A DNA stretch of 64,000 nucleotides from Pedobacter sp. (GTDB lineage Bacteria > Desulfobacterota > Desulfuromonadia > Desulfuromonadales > Syntrophotaleaceae). The DNA lies in assembly GCA_050253415.1 (NCBI GenBank), contig JBFWJC010000006.1:64001-128000 (forward strand). Direction: 5' to 3'. Of the stretch, positions 30,331 through 38,773 are shown in pieces. The notes under the pieces were generated by a model that was given only the letters and a program-made list of their open reading frames with translations, had not been told where the DNA came from and made no database searches. How positions within the stretch are numbered: the first letter of the stretch is position 1; each line of letters starts with the position of its first letter. The translations under genes were made by a program, and so were the position numbers.

Positions 30331-31686
30331 TTAAAGGGTCAGAATGCTCTGATCGCTCGCCACCTCGACATGGTAAGACGTCCTGCGGCGTAGATGATCA
30401 CGCATCGCTTCCAGAGCATCCGGTTCGCCATGGACCAGCTTAATGGCGGTGTTTTTTGTCAGCAGGGATCGTTCGAGCCATTGCCGGATCTCCACGTAAT
30501 CGGCATGGCCGGATAAACCGTGAATGACCTCCACCCGAGCCTTGACGGGGAACCATTCACCGTGGATTTTAACGCTATCGGCACCACCAGTCATTTTCGC
30601 CCCGCGAGTACCACCTGCCTGAAAACCTGCAAACAGCACCGTGGTGCGATGATCCCCCAACAGCCGCTTGAAATGATGCAGAATACGCCCTCCGGTAGCC
30701 ATGCCGCTGCCGGCAATGATGACGTGAGGATAAACCAACTCCGCCAGCGCCTTCGAATCCTCCACCCGATGCGTGTAGGTAGCCACTTCGCACATGCGAC
30801 GGCACTGATCATGGCTCAAGCGATGGTGACGGGAATAACGGCAGTAGATATCCGAGACATTGATGGCCATGGGGCTGTCAAGATACACCGGGATGTCGGG
30901 CACGCGACCTTCACTCTTTAAATTTGCCAGCAAGTGTTGCAGAGTCTGTGCGCGGCCCACCGCAAAACTCGGGATCAACAGCACCCCTCCTTTTTGCGCC
31001 GTCTCGTTGACGATACCTGCAAGCTGTTCGATCGGGTCCGTAACCTCATGTCGGCGATTGCCGTAGGTGGATTCCAGCAACAGCAGATCCAGTTCGGGTA
31101 ACGGCTCGGGAGGGTTCATCAGGGCATCGTTCGACTTGCCGACATCGCCGGAGAACCCCACACGTTTCCCCTCCGCCTCGGCAATAAGGCTGCCGGCACC
31201 CAGGATATGCCCCGCGGCTTGCAGATGCAGACCGATATCGCCGATCTCGACTGTTTCACCAAACTCAACCGGATCGAACAACTCCAGACAGCGCTCGGCT
31301 GTGGCCCGGTCATACAGCGGTTGCGGTTCCGCATGTTTGCTCAGTTTGTGCCGACTATAGTACTTGGCGTCCTCTTCCTGAATATGGCCGCTGTCCGGCA
31401 ATAAAATACCGCACAAGGCTTTGGTGGCAGGATGGGTGAAAACCGGCTTTCGAAAGGTTTGGCGATAAAGCACCGGAATATAACCTGAGTGATCCAGGTG
31501 CGCATGGGTCAGGACGACGGCATCAAGTTTGTCGATATTCAGTGGCAGAAGGCTCCGGTTTCGTTCCCGTAGCCACTTGTAACCCTGAAACAGGCCGCAA
31601 TCCACCAGAATCCGCGTATTGCCGCTTTCCAGCAAGTATTTGGAACCGGTGACGGTTTGGGTACCGCCTAGGAAAGTGATCTTCAT
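30331..31686 (-). CDS. MBL-fold metallo-hydrolase, beta-CASP (RNA-processing) family
   Basis: VTGSKY, THAHLDHSG, GHILG, ESTYG, SGHAD, VHGE. Start MKITFLGG. Confidence 0.92.
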   Translation of the reverse strand: MKITFLGGTQTVTGSKYLLESGNTRILVDCGLFQGYKWLRERNRSLLPLNIDKLDAVVLTHAHLDHSGYIPVLYRQTFRKPVFTHPATKALCGILLPDSGHIQEEDAKYYSRHKLSKHAEPQPLYDRATAERCLELFDPVEFGETVEIGDIGLHLQAAGHILGAGSLIAEAEGKRVGFSGDVGKSNDALMNPPEPLPELDLLLLESTYGNRRHEVTDPIEQLAGIVNETAQKGGVLLIPSFAVGRAQTLQHLLANLKSEGRVPDIPVYLDSPMAINVSDIYCRYSRHHRLSHDQCRRMCEVATYTHRVEDSKALAELVYPHVIIAGSGMATGGRILHHFKRLLGDHRTTVLFAGFQAGGTRGAKMTGGADSVKIHGEWFPVKARVEVIHGLSGHADYVEIRQWLERSLLTKNTAIKLVHGEPDALEAMRDHLRRRTSYHVEVASDQSILTL

Positions 31687-31987
31687 GACAAGACTCCAAT
31701 AAGGGTTCATCCCGTTTGGCCAGGTCAAAGTCGCACGGGCAGTCGGTCGCTGCCAGGATCTCCGGATGAACACTGGCAGGTTTTCCCATTGAAAACTGTC
31801 TGAACATATATTATCAAATTGCGGTGGAACGCCCCGAGCTCGTAACCGCCTGCAGGAATGGCTGCGATTGCACCTTCTTCCGCTGCTCCGGGTAGACGCT
31901 CACGCCCCCGGCTGTTTTCCCCGGGATCGCCACCAGATGCGTTGATCCCCCGTCAGGTTACAAAGAAACGCCCTTTCCTGACCAACC

Positions 31988-32437
31988 TCAGGCACATCGG
32001 TGAATGCCGACAGCCCCCGCAGCGGAAGGATGGTACCGGAGTCTGAGATAAGAACCTTCAGGGGGTAAACCGTCCACACTGAAATGGAAAGGCAATTCCA
32101 GCATCCCCTTGCGGTTGGAGGACAGACCGACCACCCGCGTGGTTTCGTGACCGACGAGGCCACCGTCCGCTGTACAGACCATCAGATCCAGATGCCCCGG
32201 CATTTGAAGTTCATGGGGCCGCTTGACGGTTCCTGCCACTACCAGATCGTCCCCTTTGGCAAAAGCCCGGGCGCGCAAGACGCTGACCGAAGAAGCCTGC
32301 ACCAGCACCGGCGAAGCGGGGGTCGAGTAATCCAGGCTGTAGCGCCCGCTGCTTTGAGACGGCGAGCGGGCAGGGGTACAGGCTGCCAGCAGGGCGGCAA
32401 CTGTCAGGAATAACACGGCCAGAAGAGTCGTTTTCAT
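31988..32437 (-). CDS. Lipoprotein, unknown function
   Basis: Lipobox LAAC; SD AAGGGG. Confidence 0.75.
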   Translation of the reverse strand: MKTTLLAVLFLTVAALLAACTPARSPSQSSGRYSLDYSTPASPVLVQASSVSVLRARAFAKGDDLVVAGTVKRPHELQMPGHLDLMVCTADGGLVGHETTRVVGLSSNRKGMLELPFHFSVDGLPPEGSYLRLRYHPSAAGAVGIHRCA

Positions 32438-32570
32438 AATGGTATCCCCTTTTTTCGACAGGATCCTGTGTTTATTCTACGGCAGGGGGGCATCCGCTCA
32501 CAAGTCGTCGGCGGACGATGCTGATAGCTGCGATGTAATAATGGGATTGGTTTACAGAGGCTGGCTTGGG

Positions 32571-32639
32571 CTCATCCGAAAACTTCGGATGAAGTATAGC
32601 TGGTGTCCATCCATAGTTTCCGGATGAAAACTAGCTGGT
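32571..32639. repeat. Tandem 35-nt repeat of a small hairpin unit
   Basis: CATCC-N9-GGATGAA-N3-TAGCTGGT at 32571-32604 and 32606-32639. Confidence 0.75.
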
Positions 32640-32686
32640 CGACGGGCATGTTTTGCCCGTCCCACAAGACAACCCGGGGAGGAATC

Positions 32687-33076
32687 TCAATTCAGAAGGG
32701 AACAGAGGCGTGTGAAAAGAGGCGCGCCGCTCGCATCGAGGTGAAGAGCGGCAGGTAATGGGATACTGTTCGCAATCTCCAAGGAGCGGAGATTGAACGC
32801 GGTCCAAGGCAGGATGCCTGCTTCCTGGGGAGTCTTGACCTGCGGTTTATATTCCGCAGTGACCAGAGAACGTTTTTCCTGGGAAGCACTGAGGGTGCAG
32901 CGATATTCACCCGCTCCGGAAGCATGAGAGGTCGTCTGCCCATTCAGCCTGGTCTGGTCGCAGCACGCGTGCCGGGCGGAGTCCCCCACCCCGCAGCGAT
33001 GCAGTACCGAGCCCAATGCCCCGATGGGGGATCCCAGGCTCAAAACCAGAAATAATGTTGTCAGACGCGTTATCAT
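32687..33076 (-). CDS. Secreted Cys/His-motif protein (HxC / CC / C-terminal AP..CS.L); candidate leader peptide
   Basis: Signal-like N-terminus, HRCG, ACC, GAPLFTRLCSLLN; visibly paralogous to 45476-45868. Confidence 0.75.
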   Translation of the reverse strand: MITRLTTLFLVLSLGSPIGALGSVLHRCGVGDSARHACCDQTRLNGQTTSHASGAGEYRCTLSASQEKRSLVTAEYKPQVKTPQEAGILPWTAFNLRSLEIANSIPLPAALHLDASGAPLFTRLCSLLN

Positions 33077-33248
33077 TTTTTATGCCCGTTGAAGAATGGA
33101 GCTTGCCTTAGATATGGGATTCACCACCCTGGTAATTGTGTACTATTTAGATCGACAATCACTATTGCTAACCCTACTTGGTAAATGTATTTTTCAACGG
33201 ATTATTTCACATATTTTAGTACATTATACCCTTCCGGGAAAATCTGTC

Positions 33249-33404
33249 TTAGGAATCCGTAGGGGTCTCTTCGCTACCACCCTCATTGGGTGGCCGTTTG
33301 CGACCTCCATGCCCGCCACCGCAACAACCGCGCCCTGACAGGTGCATGGCAAGGAAAATCCCGATAACGATTACCCAGATCCAGTTATCCGCCAACCATT
33401 TCAT
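33249..33404 (-). CDS. Small membrane protein, DUF2933-like (51 aa; missed by the ORF track)
   Basis: Manual translation MKWLADNWIWVIVIGIFLAMHLSGRGCCGGGHGGRKRPPNEGGSEETPTDS*; SD GAGGTG. Confidence 0.8.
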   Translation of the reverse strand: MKWLADNWIWVIVIGIFLAMHLSGRGCCGGGHGGRKRPPNEGGSEETPTDS

Positions 33405-33486
33405 ATTTCACCTCTTCCGCTACCGATCCGCGGACCGGCGGAGGTCAAGCTGCTATCTTCCCCCACCGGCTTTCCGCCAATCGAGG

Positions 33487-34023
33487 TTATTTCTTCATCA
33501 TCATTTCCTGTTGCGCCATCATGCCTTTCATCATTTCCTGCATCATCTGCATTCTTTTTTCCATCATCTCCAGGCGATTGCCCATCATGCAGTTCTGCAT
33601 CATCATGCCCTGGCCAGACATCATGCCGCTCTGTCCCATCATGTTTTCCATCATGTCCATTTTCTTTTCCATCCGGGTCATGCGCTCGCCCATGGGCATG
33701 TTCTGCGTATCCGCACCGTTCATCATGCCTTTCTGGTCTCCCGTCATCATGCCCTGACCGGACATCATGTTCATGGTCTTCATGGCCTCTTTCATCTGCT
33801 CCATGTGCTGATGCATGAGGTTCTGGCGTTCCGACGGGGTTTTGGCAGTATCCATCTTTTCCCGGGCTTCCTGCATCTTCGTGATCGATGTACCCATCTG
33901 TTCCTGAGTCATTGGGGTGGCGGCCTGGGAGCCGTCTGCAGGGTGATGTTCCTGCACAGCCCAGGAAGGACCCGCCATGGCAAAAGCAAGTAAAAGGGTC
34001 ATGGTAAAGATAATTTTTCTCAT
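33487..34023 (-). CDS. Met-rich periplasmic protein, putative copper binding
   Basis: Signal peptide, EHHP, a very Met-rich helical body, MMSGQGMM twice; SD AAGGAGG. Confidence 0.82.
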   Translation of the reverse strand: MRKIIFTMTLLLAFAMAGPSWAVQEHHPADGSQAATPMTQEQMGTSITKMQEAREKMDTAKTPSERQNLMHQHMEQMKEAMKTMNMMSGQGMMTGDQKGMMNGADTQNMPMGERMTRMEKKMDMMENMMGQSGMMSGQGMMMQNCMMGNRLEMMEKRMQMMQEMMKGMMAQQEMMMKK

Positions 34024-34099
34024 CGTCATGCCTCCTTGAACAGGGGAAGGTTGGGTGCGGCAGGCCCCTTGCCTGCAGCGACTTCGTAAAACGCCATCT

Positions 34100-34426
34100 T
34101 CAGCATTCATGCAACTCGATCTCCGCTTTGGTGCGGATACGATAGAGCTTATCCACCGGTTGCACCGCAACGATTCCGTCGCCCGGGATACCAAGGTGAG
34201 CACTGTCGATGATGGCTTTGACGATAGAATCAACGGTCGACTGTTCAGCAAAAATGGCTATGCAGACATGATCGACCATCCGGTCTTCCTTGAACAGGTT
34301 GGCATATTCGCCGAGTCCCTTGATACGGGATACGGTAACGCCCTTTACCCCAATCTGCCTGAGCCTTTCCTCGACTTTTTCGAGTACCGAACTGCGCACA
34401 ATAGCCACAATCTTTTTAATTTCCAC
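34100..34426 (-). CDS. P-II family regulator
   Basis: KKIVAIVR, GVTVS..KG.G, GDGIVAV.PV....RIRT; GTG start with SD AAGGAG. Confidence 0.88.
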   Translation of the reverse strand: MEIKKIVAIVRSSVLEKVEERLRQIGVKGVTVSRIKGLGEYANLFKEDRMVDHVCIAIFAEQSTVDSIVKAIIDSAHLGIPGDGIVAVQPVDKLYRIRTKAEIELHEC

Positions 34427-34489
34427 CTGCCACTCCTTCCATCAAATTTACAAACCTGGTCCTTTTGCGGCGATGTTAAATGGTAGGGA

Positions 34490-36793
34490 TCACAACTCCA
34501 CCCGCCGCAACCGCAGAGCATTGCTGACCACCGATACCGAACTGAAACTCATAGCCGCAGCTGCGATCATGGGGCTGAGCAACAAACCGAAGACCGGATA
34601 TAAAACTCCGGCGGCGATCGGTACGCCCAAGGCGTTGTAACAAAAAGCGAAAAACAGGTTCTGGCGGATATTGCGCATGGTCGCCCGACTCAGCTGCCGT
34701 GCCCGCACGATGCCGCGCAGGTCGCCCTTGACCAGGGTCACCCCGGCGCTCTCCATGGCCACGTCGGTGCCGGTACCCATGGCGATGCCGACATGGGCCT
34801 GGGCCAAGGCCGGCGCGTCGTTGATGCCATCACCGGCCATCGCCACGAAACGCCCTTCTTCCTGCAGTTCCTTGATTTTGGCAGCCTTGTCCTGCGGCAG
34901 GACATCGGCCCGCACCTCGTCGATATCCAACTTGTCGGCCACTGCTTTAGCGGTGGTGAGATTGTCACCCGTGAGCATGACGATCCGAATGCCGCTCTGA
35001 TGCAGCTGGCGTATGGCTTCCGGTGTGGTTTCCTTGATGGGATCAGCGACCGCCAACAAGCCGGCAGCTTTGCCGTTTATCCCTACAAACATGGCCGTCT
35101 GGCCTTCCTTGCGAAGGGCCTCAGCCCGCTCCAGCATCTTTTCCGGGTCGATATTTTTTTCCTGAAAAAGCTTCTGGGTACCCAACACTACCTCGACTCC
35201 GTCCACTTTGCCGATCACACCTTTTCCTGTAACGGATTCAAAATGATCGCTCGAGGCCAGGGATATGCCCCGTTCTTCGGCTCCCTGTACGATGGCTGCA
35301 GCCAGAGGATGTTCGCTGCCTCGCTCCAGGCTGGCCGCAAGTCGCAAGAGTTCATCCTCCTCAACGCCGATTGCCTCAACTGCAACCAGTTTGGGTTTGC
35401 CTTCGGTAAGAGTGCCGGTCTTGTCGACCACCAGAGTATTCACCTTGCGCAAATGCTCGATAGCCTCGGCATTCTTGAACAGCACCCCGAGGGTCGCGCC
35501 CTTCCCGGTCGCAACCATGATGGACATTGGAGTGGCCAGACCAAGAGCGCAGGGACAGGCGATGATGAGCACCGCCACGGCGTTGATAAGGGCGTGGGCC
35601 ATGCGCGGTTCGGGACCGAAACCGGCCCACACCACGAAAGTGATCAGGGCAACAGTCACAACCGCCGGCACAAAATATCCCGACACCTGGTCGGCCAGTT
35701 TCTGGATCGGGGCACGACTGCGCTGGGCCTCCGCCACCATTTGCACGATTTGGCTGAGCAGGGTATCTGCGCCGACCCGTTCGGCTTTCATGATAAAGGT
35801 CCCGGTCTGATTCACCGTGGCACCGGTTACCGGATCACCCTTATCCTTGGAAACCGGCAAAGGTTCGCCGGTTATCATCGACTCGTCGATGCTGCTGGTT
35901 CCTTCCTGGACCACGCCGTCCACCGGCACCTTTTCACCGGGACGCACCCGCAACCGGTCACCGACCTCGACTTCCTCCAGCGGTATATCCAGCTCGCTGC
36001 CGTCCGCTTCGATACGCCGGGCGGTTTTTGCCGCTAACCCCAGCAAGGCCCGGATGGCTTTGCCGGTCTGGCTTCGGGCACGCGATTCCATGACCTGCCC
36101 AAGAATCACCAAAGTGGTGATAACGGCGGCAGCCTCGAAATAGACCGCAACCTCTCCTTCGGCTCCCCGAAACGAGACAGGGAAAAGTTCAGGCCAGAGG
36201 GTAGCCACGACGCTGTATAGATAGGCCACTCCGACTCCGAGGCCGATGAGGGTAAACATGTTCATGCTGCGATTGACCAGGGATTGCCAGTAGCGGGTCA
36301 TTATCGGCCATCCGCACCATATAACCACCGGCGTGGCCAGTGCCAACTCAATCAGGTTCAGTGTACGTGGCGGTGCCAGATCCGCGATCCGGCCGCCTAT
36401 CCCCGGGATGAGTTCCCCCATGGCCAGCACCAGCACCGGCACGGACAGGCCGACGCTCACCCACAGTCGCCATATCCAATCCTTCAGTTCTGCACTTTCC
36501 TCACCTTCCTCAAGACTCACCACCTTTGGTTCGAGGTCCATCCCGCATTTGGGACAACTGCCTGGACCGATCTGGAGAATCTCCGGGTGCATCGGACAAG
36601 TGTACTCCCTGGTGTCATCCTTTACTGCCTGTTTTTTCTTTTCTTTCAGTGACTTATCAAGGAACTCTTCAGGATCTCGTTTAAATTTTTCCAGGCACTT
36701 CGTGGAACAAAAGTAATACATTTTGCCCCGGTGCTCCGTTTTTCCGGCACATTTTTCCGGAGTAACGTCCATTCCGCAGACAGGATCTTTCAT
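34490..36793 (-). CDS. copA: Cu(I)-translocating P1B-type ATPase with YHS and heavy-metal-binding domains
   Basis: [44 protein letters not shown] and MSFSS motifs. Confidence 0.95.
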   Translation of the reverse strand: MKDPVCGMDVTPEKCAGKTEHRGKMYYFCSTKCLEKFKRDPEEFLDKSLKEKKKQAVKDDTREYTCPMHPEILQIGPGSCPKCGMDLEPKVVSLEEGEESAELKDWIWRLWVSVGLSVPVLVLAMGELIPGIGGRIADLAPPRTLNLIELALATPVVIWCGWPIMTRYWQSLVNRSMNMFTLIGLGVGVAYLYSVVATLWPELFPVSFRGAEGEVAVYFEAAAVITTLVILGQVMESRARSQTGKAIRALLGLAAKTARRIEADGSELDIPLEEVEVGDRLRVRPGEKVPVDGVVQEGTSSIDESMITGEPLPVSKDKGDPVTGATVNQTGTFIMKAERVGADTLLSQIVQMVAEAQRSRAPIQKLADQVSGYFVPAVVTVALITFVVWAGFGPEPRMAHALINAVAVLIIACPCALGLATPMSIMVATGKGATLGVLFKNAEAIEHLRKVNTLVVDKTGTLTEGKPKLVAVEAIGVEEDELLRLAASLERGSEHPLAAAIVQGAEERGISLASSDHFESVTGKGVIGKVDGVEVVLGTQKLFQEKNIDPEKMLERAEALRKEGQTAMFVGINGKAAGLLAVADPIKETTPEAIRQLHQSGIRIVMLTGDNLTTAKAVADKLDIDEVRADVLPQDKAAKIKELQEEGRFVAMAGDGINDAPALAQAHVGIAMGTGTDVAMESAGVTLVKGDLRGIVRARQLSRATMRNIRQNLFFAFCYNALGVPIAAGVLYPVFGLLLSPMIAAAAMSFSSVSVVSNALRLRRVEL

Positions 36794-36838
36794 AACAGTC
36801 TCCTCGGGAAGTATGTTCAGACAACGAGTGACGCATTT

Positions 36839-37492
36839 TCAACGAGCCTGTTTGCCCAGCTGGGGAAAGAATGCCGGAACCCGCTCCCGGTAAAGGCGAA
36901 ATTCATCGCCGAATTGTTTCTCCAGTTCCTTCTCCTCCCGCATCGCCAGACGGTAATAAGTGTACATCAATACAGGCCACAGGATCATTGTGGTAATGGA
37001 GGGCCACTGAACGAGAAAGCCCACCGTGATCAAAAACAACCCGCTGTACTGGGGGTGCCTGACACGGGCATAAATCCCCCCGGTGACCAGTTTCCCCTCC
37101 TTCGCGCCATGAATCAGAATCCAGCCTTTGTACACCAGGTACCCGCCGAAAAAGATAATCCCGTTGCTGACAAGGTGCAGGATTGCCATGGCAACTGCGG
37201 AATGAGCCAAACCCAGGAATACCAGTACCAGGTGGCCGCTAGGGTGAGAAAAGGGGTCGAGCACAGGATAAGCGTCGCCCAACCAGGTCGAGAGGAAGTA
37301 AATCGTCAGGGGAAAACCGTACATCTCGGTGAACAGGGCGACAAGAAACCCCAGAAAAGCCCCCATCGAGCGCCACTCGACCTTTTTCTTCGGCCTGATG
37401 AAGCCGATGGCGAAAAACAGAAAGAGCAGAATATTGAAGACCACCACCGGCCACAGGCCATAAGCATAACCGCCCAACTCGGTACCGTGCAT
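36839..37492 (-). CDS. Isoprenylcysteine carboxyl methyltransferase family membrane protein
   Basis: EMYGFPLTIY, G.Y..VRHPQY, EE..L...FG; family often found next to Cu ATPases. Confidence 0.88.
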   Translation of the reverse strand: MHGTELGGYAYGLWPVVVFNILLFLFFAIGFIRPKKKVEWRSMGAFLGFLVALFTEMYGFPLTIYFLSTWLGDAYPVLDPFSHPSGHLVLVFLGLAHSAVAMAILHLVSNGIIFFGGYLVYKGWILIHGAKEGKLVTGGIYARVRHPQYSGLFLITVGFLVQWPSITTMILWPVLMYTYYRLAMREEKELEKQFGDEFRLYRERVPAFFPQLGKQAR

Positions 37493-37503
37493 CGATCCGC
37501 CTC

Positions 37504-37791
37504 CTATCCTTGTTTCTCCGGCTTGTTCCGCCCGAAATTATAGATAACGGCAATAGTTGCGCCGATCAGCCAGCCGATGATGAAAATTTCCACGATTCCT
37601 GTCAGCACTTCCCATAAAGGGATGTCCATCCGGATGATCGGCCGCACGTCCAGTCCGTGCAGCAAACTGTTGAAAAATAGAATGGTGGATTGCTCCCCGG
37701 TCGACCACATCACGAATACACAACCGAGATACAGCAAGGCAAAAGTCACGCCCCAGGCCAGGCCGAATCTCCTGACATCAATGCTCCCCAT
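37504..37791 (-). CDS. Small membrane protein (DUF5676-like)
   Basis: Two hydrophobic helices, FFNSLLHG, IYN. Confidence 0.7.
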   Translation of the reverse strand: MGSIDVRRFGLAWGVTFALLYLGCVFVMWSTGEQSTILFFNSLLHGLDVRPIIRMDIPLWEVLTGIVEIFIIGWLIGATIAVIYNFGRNKPEKQG

Positions 37792-37987
37792 GGCTGCCTC
37801 CATTGTCGTTGGTTTTGTTTTCGCCGCGCTTACGCCCTCCCCTGGCCATCATGAGCAGATGAATGCCGAAACAGAAAACCAGGAAGATAAACAACAGCGG
37901 ACCGGATCCGACGCCGAAAAGCGGCAGCAAAAAGATCAGGATTAAGGGTAATACGCAACCGGCAATCATCCACCAATGATGTTTCAT
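37778..37987 (-). CDS. Small membrane protein (DUF2933-like)
   Basis: M..C.LPL...C...HL.MM pattern; SD GGAGG. Confidence 0.7.
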   Translation of the reverse strand: MKHHWWMIAGCVLPLILIFLLPLFGVGSGPLLFIFLVFCFGIHLLMMARGGRKRGENKTNDNGGSHGEH

Positions 37988-38139
37988 CCTTGTCCTCCTT
38001 CAGTCCGGCGAGATGGCCAAACGACTGTGCTGGATCTTCTCAGGGCAATTTGTGGTCCTCCTTTGGAAAAATTGGCCGCCGTCGCCGGCGGCCCATGGAA
38101 GGAGAGATTCGGGATCGCCGCAAGACGGTCCCTGATGGG

Positions 38140-38679
38140 TTATTTGCCGACTGTATGCGTATGGAACTGACGCACCTTGCCATCGTCCAGTTTGGTGGCG
38201 ATGCGGAAATGCCAGACTCCCGGACGGTCCAGGTTCACGTCTACCCCGAAATGCCCCTGCATACCCATCATCTTAACAGGCTTGGCCTCTTTCTGGTCGG
38301 GATCGGTAATCTTCACCGCCACGGTCCCGCTGTCGACCTGTTTGCCGGTTTCGGCATCGTTAAACATCACCATCAGATGATGGGTGGCCTTATGACCGGC
38401 CGGCAGCACTTTTGGGTCGATGGGCATCAGGTGGAACATGGCCTTCACGCCATCAACTTCCTGCTCGGCGGGTAGAGCCTGCATGCCTTGCATGCCCTCC
38501 GTGTGCTTCATGCCTTGCATGTCATTCATAGCCTGCATGCCCTGCATTTGCTGCATATTGTCGTGGTTCATCCCGGCCATATCGTGACCGGCGTGTTTGT
38601 CCATGGCCAGGGAACCGGTGGCCAGGAAAAGACCACCTGCAATCAGGATCATGGCCCAGCCGAATTTTGCGTGTTTCAT
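38140..38679 (-). CDS. Periplasmic His/Met-rich metal-binding protein
   Basis: Signal peptide, HAGHDMAGMNH, MQGM repeats, THHLMV, MMGMQGHFG; SD GGAGGT. Confidence 0.82.
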   Translation of the reverse strand: MKHAKFGWAMILIAGGLFLATGSLAMDKHAGHDMAGMNHDNMQQMQGMQAMNDMQGMKHTEGMQGMQALPAEQEVDGVKAMFHLMPIDPKVLPAGHKATHHLMVMFNDAETGKQVDSGTVAVKITDPDQKEAKPVKMMGMQGHFGVDVNLDRPGVWHFRIATKLDDGKVRQFHTHTVGK

Positions 38680-38773
38680 TACTACCTCCGTTTGAGTGAT
38701 TACCGCCGGTTGTTACGCCGGCATGGGTTTAAGGGGTTTCCTCGTACGAGTACGAAAAACCGATTCCTTTAGT

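Noticed and set aside
31523..31807. Short ORF with a CPC motif upstream of the MBL hydrolase
   Set aside because: It overlaps the hydrolase by about 160 nt out of frame and has no SD or recognisable family.
32571..32639. Possible mini-CRISPR array
   Set aside because: Only two short units, no spacer-length unique segments, and no cas genes in the window.
33286..33993. Extremely His-rich plus-strand ORF
   Set aside because: Its CAT codons are the reverse complement of the ATG codons of the Met-rich minus-strand gene, which has a signal peptide and SD.
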